DNA of 64,000 bases from Lingula anatina. Lineage: Eukaryota; Animalia; Brachiopoda. Where the stretch lies: the NCBI GenBank assembly GCA_051362555.1, contig CM120644.1, forward strand, positions 628,954-692,953, in the 5' to 3' direction. Below, piece after piece: positions 1 to 12,204 of this stretch. The notes under the pieces are model-generated. The model did no database searches and had not been told where the DNA came from. It saw only the letters and a program-made list of their open reading frames with translations. The translations under genes and the position numbers were made by a program. Numbering within the stretch: the stretch's first letter is position 1; every line of letters starts with the position of its first letter.

Positions 1-35
1 ATGTAAATGACAGCTTTGAACATGAAAATCCAGGA

Positions 36-497
36 GTGCATATACATTTGGTGTGGGAACCAATGCACAGAAGACATGGAGGAAATAGAGGAGGTGTTAA
101 TCTCAGTGTATTACCAGATTCAGGTGCATATTGTAATATCATTGATGAAAATACATGGAGAATGCTGAAATCCAAGAAAAATAAATGTGGCTCTTGTGGA
201 GGACCAGAAAACAAACAGTATTATTCATGTACACGTCTGAGAAACCTTTAAAAGTGAAGGGAACATTTGAATATGACGTAAAGGCAAGCAAAGGAAGAGA
301 CCAGTAGTAGTGAAAGGACATGGGATTTGATATGAGTTGATTAGTTTTGAGAATTTTCAGTGTGGTTTAAGGAATAAAAGTTGGAGTTCATATGCTATTC
401 TGCAAATGTTTGAAAAGACATTTTAAAGACTGAACTGTCAATTAACATGTTTTGAAAGGACCGTTTCTCTCCAAGAAAGGAAGGGATGTTGTGTTTG
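36..497 (+). mobile_element. Degraded Ty3/Gypsy LTR-retrotransposon remnant (aspartyl protease fragment, possible PPT/3' LTR start)
   Basis: ORF 36-251 has GGVNLSVLPDSGAYCNIIDENTWRMLK, a retropepsin-type D-S-G-A motif. After a frameshift it continues YTSEKPLKVKGTFEYDV. A purine tract AAGAAAGGAAGGGA (473-486) is followed directly by TGTTG at 487. Confidence 0.55.
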
Positions 498-1448
498 GAC
501 TTGACATTTGAATGAACTTTTGTTAACTTGGTAGAGTTACTTGTTCCATTGTTGATTCCTTTAATAATTATAAGCTTGTCAAGGAGGTGGGTGTATCATT
601 TCTTAGTGTTATGGATTTGAAAAAAGCGCAAGCATTGCAAACTGGTTCAATTCATTGAGTGATTTGATTCGTGATGTGATTTAATTCAAAAGCATTGATA
701 CTGGGGTTTGTTTTTGTGCACATGTAATTCTCTTTTAATTGTACATCTATATCTGTGCTGGAGTATACATATTTTTTTTTCAGAATTTACATGTATGTAC
801 AGTACTGTAGCCAGCATGCAAGTTGAATTGAAACAGTTACTGCATGGTTATTTATAATTTTGTTTTAACTCTCCATCATCTAAAAAAGAATGTTTTTTCA
901 TTCATTATTCAAGATTTATTCATTACAAAACTATATTCATTAGTGATTATTATTATTAATGATATGTTTGAATTAGTTTAAAAATGACAATGTATAATAT
1001 TATTTAGGTTGAGGTGTGCAAAAATATTTCCCCCTCTAATCCCCCCCCCCCCATGTACATGCATAATTAATTACAATTTTTGTAATTTGTGTTAATTCAG
1101 ATTCGATGAGCAGCTTTGTGTTGAAAAAAAAATTGTTGTTATAACTGTTTTCTTTACATGTATGTAAGTGACATTTCCTCCTGTTAAGTGTCTGTATATT
1201 TGCCTTTTTGCAGTGTGTTTTTTTTTTTTTTTTTTTTTTTCAAACATACAAATTGTTTTGTACAAAAAGACAAGGAGTGGCCCTTAATTTGTTGCATGTT
1301 AGTTGCCAGCAAGGTTATATAATGTGTAATAATTTTGTTTAGGCTTTTAGCACAGAATAAATACTTGAATCTTGAATCTTGTATGTCTTTTTTTATAGTT
1401 ATCTTATTGAATAATTAAAAATAATTAAAAAAAGAAAAAAAAAAAAAC

Positions 1449-1860
1449 AATCTGGGCCATATGTGGTCCATGTCCGGCCCTAATCTGGCCCACATCCGGC
1501 ATGCCATACCTTTGCCAGATATTGCCAGATCTGGGCCAGATCTGGCCACATGAGCAAATGTGAAATAATAAAAAAAAACAATCTGGGCCATATGTGGTCC
1601 ATGTCTGGCCCTAATCTGGCCCATTTGAATATGATCTGGCCCATATCTGGCCCACATCTGGCATGCCATACATTTGCCAGATATTGCCAGATCTGGGCCG
1701 ACATCTGGCCATATGAGCAAATGTGGACTGGGCCAGATGTGGCAATGTCTGGGCCAGATCTGGCCCAAACATTGCCACATCTGGCCCACATGTGGCAAGC
1801 CATACCTTTTGCCAGACATTGCCAGACGTTGCCAGATCTGGGCCAGACGTGGGCCAGATC
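1449..1860. repeat. Palindrome-rich GGGCCAGATCTGGCCC repeat cluster (foldback/MITE-like)
   Basis: Direct copies at about 1449-1562 and 1580-1725, many CCAGATCTGG palindromes, and a 60-bp hairpin at 1729-1788 with one mismatch. Confidence 0.8.
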
Positions 1861-1890
1861 ACTGAGGCTGTCTGGGATTGGTCCAGTAAC

Positions 1891-2093
1891 CAGTGGCAGA
1901 ATGAGGGCGGGTGTCAGGGGTTCCTGCCCCCAGCCCCCCCCCCCCTTCAATTTCTGGTCCCCTCTCAAAATTAGAATTTTGACTAGCTGAACTTTAGTTC
2001 TAAACCGTACCAAATGACATCGTTCACCCTCTGAAATACCATAATTATTCTCATCTGCAGCCCCCCCTACAAATAATCCTAAATGTGCCCCTG
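1891..2093. mobile_element. Degenerate MITE-like element of the CAGGGGCGGATCC...GGATCCGCCCCTG type
   Basis: Starts CAGTGGCAGAATGAGGG and ends AATCCTAAATGTGCCCCTG. The termini resemble the copies at 7984-8167 and 11579-11745. Confidence 0.35.
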
Positions 2094-5000
2094 CAGACCA
2101 TTTTATTTGCTGTTTAGAAGAAAAAAAATTAGACAGGTGAAACCCTCTGACCAGTGAGTTGGCTTTCTGACCATGACACAATGATTTATATATGTGTACA
2201 TCTGCAGCAGTTGTCCTGGAAATATGGTGATAAAACCTTTTTTCAGGACTCACCAAAGTCAGATTGCTTTGATGATTTTTGTCTGAAAAGAGGGAGAATA
2301 GAAATGATTTTTCAAAGTTAAATATAGTGTGAAAAATACCTGCAAGGCACTTAAAGGGTATGCTTTCCTTTCTGTAAGTCTACTTCAAGCTAAGCAGTGT
2401 TAAGTGCCCACATTAAATGTAAATACCTTTAAGTATCTAAACTTTAAAAAGTTAAGAACATTAAAATAAAATCAACTGGTCTTGGTAAGTGTTGACTGCC
2501 TCATCAGATAGTCCTTGATTATGTCACCCTGTAGACTGTGTTTGAGGTCTGTTATGGCATTTCAATAGATTTTGTCTTCAAATAACCAGGATCAGACATG
2601 TAATCTGGCAATAATGATTGGGGAAAGGCAGCCAGATAACAGGTAATGTAGGTAACTCTGAAGGCAAGGGAGTGAATTGATTGAAGAGAAGGATTATAAT
2701 CCAGTTGAACAGATTATGATTGGGGATTTATCTTCGAGATCAAATGTCAACTCTGGTCTGATAGTCCTGTAGATATCTACTCTGAACATGTATCAAACAT
2801 GATTTTATGATCAATGTTTTTAATTAAGGGTTGACTTAATCTCATATTTTTCTGTCGGCTCTCATTATAAACAGCCCAATACTTGCTGTCTTTTTTCAGC
2901 TATTTTATCTAATTGTTCGTGGTAATTTCATTACAGAATTAACTTAATTTAAGAAATTTGATTTAATTCTGAGTGGCTGTTTATTCATAGTACTTAAATT
3001 GATAACATGTCACATTAAGTTTCTTAGCTTTAGTCATTTATTTTTTATTCACTGACAGTTACTAAAATATTAATATTGAAATTACTGTCAAATCAGAACA
3101 TTACAGGATGCATTACTTTTTTTAATATTACAAGCAAAGTATGCAGTATTTAATGATTGTTAAATTTATTGGGAAGTACCATAAATTTATCACCATGAAA
3201 CCAGCCACCTTCTAATTATCAAAGATATTATCCTATAAAAAGAAAATAAAAATATTTTGAAATTTAAGAAGAAATAGCCAGGTATACAGTAATAAGAGCT
3301 AAACTGAAGCTTAGTTATGTAGAAAAAAAGATAACAAAAAAGAAAAAAATACAAGACTAAAGACCAAAGATAAAAATTAAAATTTCTCCCTTTTCCACAA
3401 ATGTGTTCTTTTTTGTTATATTACTACTGCACTAGAACAGTACTGGTAGCTAGGTGAACTATCTCACACTTTCACATGTGAGAACTGTTATTGTGACAAG
3501 GATCTGGTGAACTTTCTGCTGTTATTGGTTCTGAATTACAAAATGTCTGTGACTGGAGATGAAAACATTGGCTTGAATTTCCCTGCACAAGTTTATTTTT
3601 TCTCCAGCTTCTGTTACTTGACCACATATGAAAACTTTCAAGTAAGTTTTTTTTGCCAGTTTGGATTTTATTTGATTTCTGGTTTGTCTATCATTGCAAA
3701 AGAAGCAGATATGACAGGTGATACAGGTGTGATAGTGGATACAAGTGTGACAGGTTAGGCAGGGTTTCATGTCCTCAAGCCCCTGTTTACAGGAAGAAAT
3801 TAGCAGACATATTCATCCTGACTTCTCTATCTTTTTACTTGGTTTCAACTCTAATTTGAAAGCTGCATGCTGCTCTCTGGTTTACAGATAACTTATGGTT
3901 GAAACTAATTGCATTCAATTGCTCATTTCCATCTCTCCTGCCTGGTGGGGCGTAAGTGTTAGTATTGGGGAAACAGGCTTTAGCTGCTACTTGTGGATGA
4001 TATCATGTCATATGTATTTTTGCTATTTTGTTTTATGGAGAAATGATAAACATATCTGATGAAAACTCAACTGATGTTTTTGTTTTTGTTTGTTTTTTTT
4101 TCAACATCTATATTTGATAAAATACAAGTACTGGTTGATTGATTTATAAAATGAATGTGCACATTTGATTTATGAAGACATCTGCCTTAGAAATCTCTGT
4201 AGAAAAGATATACACTCCAAACTGCACTCTTACAAAAGCTTAATAAAAAAAGTCAAATAAAGCCGAGTTTTTTTTTTACCCTGAGAAAAATGTGGTAAAT
4301 GTTAAAAAAGAAGGAATGACTTCTGCAGATTGATCCCAGCAAATGTGTGAACCTGTTGTTTGTTTGCCCAGCAGTTTGATGCTGACTGCAGTTTTGAAAT
4401 ATCTCAACAACATCCCAACCCTGACCACAATGCTGGCCATAAGGCTGACCACAAGTATCAATAAATTGTCCAGCCTAATGCAAGCATTGCCAAGTTCACT
4501 GGTGGCATTTTATGTTTTGTGCTAATTAAATGTCTAATATGTACACCTGTAGCAAAAGAATTGATTTTCTTAAAAATTGTAACAATTTTTTTCTGAATCA
4601 GTGGTGTACCATATTCAGATTATTTGACAAAATGATGATCTTTAACCCCATTTTAAAGTAAGTTTTTTTATTACTTCTTGTGTTAAGAGTGGGGAACTGA
4701 CGGATTATAAGACTAAGTTCAAAATTAAAAGAGTCCTGTTTTTAGTTGTATGTTCAGCATTTGTATATGTTCATATTGTCCAGTTGGTCATCAGTTTGAT
4801 CACTACAGGGTATAGGCAATTAGTGCCAGGTGCTCACAGAATAAATCTAAAAATGTTCTTGTTAATTTCAATGAACTTGTATATTTGGTTTTTTATTTAA
4901 ATGCTCGTATATGAAGCTTATGAAGCATGCATGAATTGATCTCATTTTGATACCTACATGTATAGAAAACAATAATAGCTGTATGTGTGCAAATGCCTCT

Positions 5001-7983
5001 CATATTTTGTCTTTTTAAAATAAAGAAAATCCAGGAGGTCCTGTCATGTCTACCTGTCTTCCATCTCTCAAATGTTCATGTTTACAGGGTAAAGAAAACT
5101 TGTTTTCCACTCTCTGCTGTCTAAGATATATATGTTTGTGTAAGTACATAGACATATGTGGGAGAGAAGGCATGGTAGTACTTGTCTTGTGTACTTGGTG
5201 GTCTGCTGTCTACCTTCCTACAGAAAATTCCTGGAGAAAACTAACTGAGCTATTCCTGTACTCTCATACCTCATCAGTACCTGGAGGCTGCTCATAGCCA
5301 ACCTTTTGTATCATAAATGTGGCCTTTTTAGTTGTTATTGTTATAATTGTAGCTGTTTATAAGACATTTTAAGATGAAGGAGAATGATTAAGTGATTTTA
5401 ATAGGTATAAGAGATAAGATTAGCTTAATTTGAAGTGGCTGATTCAGAGGTAACAATTAAGTAAGATTTCCTAACTTCAGTTCTGTTAGTTTGATACATC
5501 ACAATGCTTAATCTCAGTCAACTTTGAAATGGTAAAATTTCCATATTTAAAGTTGCCATGATTATTTTTTTCATGAATAGAATCACTTTGGATTAGGCAG
5601 TCATAATGGGTGAATAAACTAGCTGGTACAGGGGAAGTGATATTGGGTATACAAAGAAAAGTATGGTGTAAAAAATCTGTTCAAAGTTGGTTTTATGGAA
5701 TAAGAATGCTAGTATCACAACAGTAAATGTTTTTTATACATTTGTTACTAAAAAGATGTACCAATCTGAAAATAAAAAGAGACACAGCTCAACTACCAGA
5801 GCAGCTTGAATAGCTCTTTCCAGTCAGAATGAGGTAATATCAAGTGCCTGATTAAGTTCAGTTACAGTGTTTACCACCTGATGCTGAGTGTGAGGGTGAA
5901 GTACTGTGACATTTTCATGGTGAAGGTGTTCCTTATCTGACCTGTTCAAGAGTCCTGTTGGAGGAGCATGTCTGGGGGAGTGGAGTGCTTCGGGATCCCA
6001 GCATTCCTCAGAAAATTCCTCCATGGAGAAGTGGAATATGGTGGGAAAAGGAACAGATTTTAGGCTCCCCACAGTCTAAAAGATTCTAGTTATACAACAT
6101 TTTGAAGAAAAAAAAAAGAAAAAAGATAAGCCACAAATATTTTACCTATAATTTGTTAAGAATTTGCTGTTTTGGATGTAGAGTAGAATTGCATTTGACT
6201 GGGGTAGGGGGGTCTTCCTCTAGCAGTACATTCTTCTGATATCTCACTCTTTTAGGCAATTAATTTCCCAAAATACATCTACCACCTTCGTGTTAAGTGT
6301 GATGAATGGTCTTCACTTAATCTCTCACCCTGGCCAGGCTTTGTAATACTTAACAAAATTAACTTAATATCAGGTAGTCCAGCAAATAGAGCATTGCATC
6401 CTTTTTATTGTAAATAAATAATTTAGGCTGGCACTCTCATGCGACCGTAGTGACCCTTGTATGCGATTTCCTGACACGCCGCCCGTCAAAGCGATTATGC
6501 CTCATTTTCTTCATTTCATTGCGGCATATTAACTCATCAGAAATAATAACATGTAATAGAAAGCGTGGTGTGAGAGTGCTGACACGTAAGGTAAAGGTCT
6601 GCTGGTATGGCTTTCACAGAACCACTACTGTACTGGCGTGTGTACTGGAGATCACATAGACCTCCACTCAGGCTTATGTCAATGTTAAAAAATCTAATTT
6701 TTGGAAAGTAAATTTTTCCCTCTCTCCCAACCTGCACATATGCACCCTTCTTTTGGATGGAGATGGTATTAAATCAAAGTATAAAATTCTGTTTTGGGGG
6801 TCTTGGCAGTTCATGTGGATTAACTTTACCAGATTTTTTACCATTTATTGCAGTCTACAAAACTACAAATACTTGTTAAGCCCAACATCATTATGTCATA
6901 ACTGCATGACTCGACTTTTTTTTTTTTGAGAGGGGGGGGGGGGGGGGGGGTGTCACAATTATTTCAGACATTTGCACACAGAATTAAGAAAGACCCAGTG
7001 GAAAGTTTTATTTTGTTTTTTAAATTTAGAAAATACCCAGATAAAGGCGTGTTTCTGTTTTGGCGGAAATGTTGCTACATCATAGCTTAAGTTGGGTGTG
7101 AGATTACCCAAGTATGTCACTAGTAGGCATGTTGTGAAGTTATCCACAAACACTCCCCAAACATGGTCAGACCAAAACTTTTGATATTCAGCATGCTGAT
7201 TGGTGTGTTTGTCTTTGCTGTAACTGGTGATGTCCATTCTGCACATTTTTTAAAACTTTTTCTTGGGTCTAAAATTTTATGACCCAAGCACCTGATAAAA
7301 AGCAGATGTGCACATCTTTAGAGGTGTAACTTTGTCAACCCTCTGATGAAGCAGCACCTGTCAAATTACCCTGCTCTGTTTTATAGCAAACACATTTCCA
7401 TGTGAGACAAATTTAGTTTACAATTTCCTCTACTATTTATAACTTGTAACATGCGGTAATGTTCAAATATTTGTTGAGATAACATTTGCAGTAGCTGGTC
7501 CTACTCATTGCATAACATACAGTGATGAGGAAGGGAGTTTCCGTAACACAAGTAGCAGGTAATACCTCATCAGAAGTACCTGTGAAAAAAGTTATAAGAA
7601 CCCCAGTAAGAAGTCTCTTGTAGTACTTGTGGCAAATAAACATTGTCTGCCAAATACACCTGTTTCTCTCTAAGAACACTGTATGTGTGTTAACGTCTCC
7701 ATTAGCAGACAGCTTTGAAGATGACCCGTCATGGCGGTAAGTGGTGGCCTCTCATCAGCTGCAGCACTAATGTTTCTGTGTTTCGAGCTCCCAGAAGGCT
7801 GTTTACCGAGGGAGAAGTATGCATGCTTTGGCACGGCTGCCAACGGAAAAGATCTCAAAATGTGAGGAGCTGTTGTTTACTGTGGTATGAACATTGGAAG
7901 AACACCAGAAAACAATACAAAGAACACAAGAGCCGTGTGCAGTCAGATATGTGTAAAATGTGCACATGCAGATTAGTGCAAGC

Positions 7984-8167
7984 TAGGGCGGATTGAGGCC
8001 GTTCTCTGGTTGATAGTCAGAATTCTTCTGGGTCTTCTGGACGACAGTCAGAATTTGCATTGAAGGGCATCTAATTTTTCTGATGAAAGATGGTCAGAAA
8101 TGGAGGATGAATCAACAAAGCTTGATAATTTAAAAGACTGTCAGAAAATATCTCTGGATCCGCCCCT
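7984..8167 (+). repeat. Dispersed short repeat (MITE-like), copy 1
   Basis: Shares TCTTCTGGGTCTTCTGG..GACAG, GCATCTAATTTTT, GATG.ATCAACAAAG and the GGATCCGCCCCTG-type end with 11579-11745. Confidence 0.6.
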
Positions 8168-11100
8168 GTGTTAGTCACTATGTTGTGTGGTATAACTTCC
8201 TCTGATTTGAGGTGTGGCATTTCTCTAGGTATCCTTAGTGTTATGCCACAGAGCAGGGACTGTCCTTTTATGCTGTGTTTATTCCTTTTATGTGAAAAAC
8301 TGTTACCCTTTAGTACACTGCTTTTTAACAGGGAAATTCACAGGTTTTCCTTCATAGCTGGCACTCTGTCTACATATCTGATTTAAAATGTGACGGTGTG
8401 TTAGGTGTGACATTGTGTAGGGTGTGCAATTGTGTCAGTTGTGGCAGTGTATTAAATTTGTGCAGTAAAGACCCCCCCCCCTCCAGTTAACTGATGGATA
8501 AAACTGCATTTTGGCAGGCATAATATGTCTCCTAGTAACATGACATTTTGCACCTGCCAAGTAGCAGCCATTGTAGTGTTTATCACCATTCTGTGGTTTT
8601 CTTTTTGTGATCACTAATTAGATTAGTTACAGATCGGTAACCTCTTTTGAAGATTATTTTTAGAGTTAAAAAGCCAAAGTAAAAAAAAACTTTTAGTGAA
8701 ACTTGGTCTTAAGAAAATAAAGCCGCACTTAATTTCAGAGACTGTTCTATTGGAATACACAGTTGCTGCTGGCTATATGACATATTGCTTTACTGTCTAT
8801 TTGTCTTTTTATATTTTCTTAACATAGAGGAATCATCTTAGAGAACATACAAAATCCCCAGTAATTAAAAAACATGGCCATCACAAAGTATAGTAAAAAG
8901 ATAGTCAGAAGTTTGTACAAGCAAAAAAACTTGGTTTTGACACTTCATGTTTGTATAAGGAAATAGACAACACAAATTTTCTGTAAACTCTTACAGCTAA
9001 AGGGCTCTTTAATGAATTAATTTAAATTACATTATAAAGTCTGAAGGGCATATTTTCCACCAGCTTCCCCCCTTTCCAGCCTCTCCTCTCCCTTTCCAGC
9101 CTCTCTCCCCACTTTCCAGCCTCTCTGACTGACGTTTCACTCAAGTGTGTCTGACTGTTACATGTACATCTGTCTGGGTGGTCATGTTTAGTTATCAAAA
9201 CTAGGGAGGAAAATCCAGGAAAATATCCCCAGGAATCTCAGAAAATGAATAAATCATGTCCATCCTCCTGTGCATGTTAAGTTGATAGGGTTTAAGAACT
9301 GATTGGTAGCTGCAGTGTGGTTGGGAGATCAGTGAAGGCAGACAGCAGGGAGGGTGTCTCAGCAGTGACGAATGCAAAGTTCTGAAGGGAATATACATTG
9401 TCTATTTACAATTAGAATAAAGTTAATTCATAGAGAAGAAATATGTGGAATATGTTCAGGTGTCTGAATTAAGTCAGCATAAAGTTGCTTTGGCAAATTG
9501 GCAGCTCCAACATATAATGTACTGTATACTGAGTGGGAGGTGCTCTAGCGAAACTGAGTGCTAGTAATATAACCACTTACTTCCCAAGTGATCATGCTTA
9601 TTGTAATTTAGGAGATTTAAAAGATTTATAAAATTGGATTTTTTTTTTTTTTTTTTGTGATTTTCATTTCTTTTTTAAACCACTGAGAGACCATCTCCAG
9701 ACTTACAATTAATTTTGTCATTATTCATTAACCATGTACTGGATACTTAATGATCTAATTTGTTCTATAAAGCTGATTGGTTTGCCACAATCTCTCTGTG
9801 CTCTAACTTAAACCACTAATATACCATTGTTGCCAAAAATGATTTCCCAAAAAATTCATTCACTTTTTTCCACACCGTCATGAGTAAGATAAGTGCAGTT
9901 TTAAAACATGTTTTACCCTCTTTAAATAGAGTTTTTTATTATAATAATAATAATAATTATTATTATTATTATTATATTCTGTGGAGTTATTTACAATGAA
10001 TGTATTATAGCACAGAAAATTACCAATTACTGTTAAATGTCTGCATTTCATCTTGGCTGAGTCCCATGTCAAATATGTCCCTGTCCTATGATGACAAAGA
10101 CAGGGAGAGAATGTACTGGCTTTCTGGCTTGTTCTTCCACTTAGCAAGTATGACATTTGTTGAAATAGAGATTTCAACAACAATTGTATAATTATTTCTG
10201 AAGTGAAATAACAAACAATTCTAAGAGGGTTGCCTTGTCTTTACGTCAGTCTGCCTGCTGTGTGCATGTGATGTAGTAAAGTGGTTTTATTATTATGAAA
10301 TTCTTTTTATTTTAAGGAGCTGTTATTTATTGAAGTGTTTGTGTCTTTCTTCTCCGAGCAGGACAATAGAGTGAGATAATTTTTAAATTTGTGTAACTGA
10401 TAGACATGTTTAGTATGTATTTGGATGTATTATTTTTCGAGACATCTCTGTGCATTTTCTTCAGCTCAGTCTGGTGCAAAAGTATTAAAAATTATTGTTA
10501 TTATCTATATTATATAACTGCAGGAAAAGGGTGTATGAAGTAATTCTGATGTTACTCAGATATCACTAGGTCTCAAGAAGACAATGTCTTACACATTCCT
10601 GACCCCATCTTCAAGTGTGGCTACATGAAGTCTTCTCTTCTCTCTCTAGGACTCCAAGTATGCCTTTCCTCACTTTCCCTTTGATCTTAATTGTATTTCT
10701 TTCTTGTGTTATTTTTACCTCATCTCAGCCTCCTACCATTTCAGCTGATCACTTACGCCCAGCCCGTTAGCTTTACAAGGAACTTATGGCTCTTTTCTCC
10801 TTCAGTTAAACTTATTTTTCTTCACAACTTTTGGGTTTAATCAAATAGTTTAGAATATTTTCAGAACCTTGCCATTTGGAAAATGTAATTTGATTTACAT
10901 TTGTATCATGGTGAACAATTATATTTTTTGCAGCTTGCAAGCAATTACAGTATAAGTTGCAATCGCCCTGTGCATCTTTCTGAAATTTGTAACCAGTTAG
11001 AGGGAAGACATGTTTGGCGTCAGAAGGTCAGTCATCAGATGTCTAAGGTTGCTGCTATCCCCCAAGGCCTTCAGGATTTTTTCCTTAGAAAATGGCATAT

Positions 11101-11578
11101 CCAATTAACCTGTGGCTCGATGTAAAATTACCCAATTCTCTCCAATCTGTGGAGCGCTGATAAAAGGTATCCGGTCATGCCATATCGCCACGGTAACAGG
11201 TGGATGGGGGTGTGTTGCTGGTTCAGTACAAGATGTTTGTCGGAGGACATCTGGTCTTTTTCGTTAAAAAAGGTGGGAAGGTTTGCTTCCCAGTCTGGGT
11301 GCAAGTTGTGGTAACACTAAACAGGCCTGTTGTTCACTCATTATAAGGTGCACTTTTGTGCTGTTCTTTTTTCTTTCCATTTTTTTATTCATTTTTTTAA
11401 CCAGTTGATTTGTTGTGAAGTTTTTTTTAAGTGCAGATGTTGAGAGCATTGGAAGGGTTCACCCTGAATACCACTGGTAACTTATCTCAAACCAACAGGT
11501 GCTTCCTTTAGGTTTGTTAATAGTAGAGGTGACTGAGTGTCCAGTACAAACAGTAACTCAGGGTGGTCATAACATTTC

Positions 11579-11745
11579 CAGGGGTGGACAGAATTAAGCC
11601 ATCTTCTGGGTCTTCTGGAAGACAGAATTTTTAATTTTACCTTGACGAGCATCTAATTTTTTCTGTCATGACAATCAAAAATAGAGGATGGATCAACAAA
11701 GACAATTCTGAAGTCTGTCAAAAAATATCTCAGGATCTGCCTCTG
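11579..11745 (+). repeat. Dispersed short repeat (MITE-like), copy 2
   Basis: Colinear similarity to 7984-8167; termini CAGGGGTGGA ... GGATCTGCCTCTG. Confidence 0.6.
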
Positions 11746-12204
11746 AACTCCTGTGATTAAGGTTTTTCATTTCACTATATGTACCTTCTTAAACTATTTT
11801 ATTGAATCTTGATTTTAAAGTGAAGTGAGAACCGAATTAGTAAAATTTCATTTTTGGATTTTAAAAAGATTTGAATAAATAACTCTGGATGGAAGTTTAA
11901 TAATATTTCACTGCAATTGTGGTCTTGTTTATACTAATGTGACAACTTGGTGGTGAGTGATGTAAATCCATCTAGTCAAGCAGATTTATGAGTAAAAAAG
12001 CACAACTTCATAACGTCTGGATAAAGTTATAATGGTTTTCAAAGATTTGTCCTGTACTGAAGTCTTGTTAAAAATGAATAGGTCCACAGAACTTTCTCAT
12101 TATAATAATCCTTCACTTGCCATTGTATCATTTTTGGTTTGTACTTATGATTAAGATGCCAGTAGAGAATACATATTTACGTACTGATCTCTTTCTTTCT
12201 TCAG

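Noticed and set aside
1415-2256. Overlapping ORFs up to 258 aa on both strands
   Set aside because: By-products of the palindromic GC-rich repeat; no splice or domain support.
5824-7996. ORFs at 5824-6072 and 7715-7996 as upstream exons of the Ig-like gene
   Set aside because: No convincing phase-compatible splice sites or recognisable motifs.
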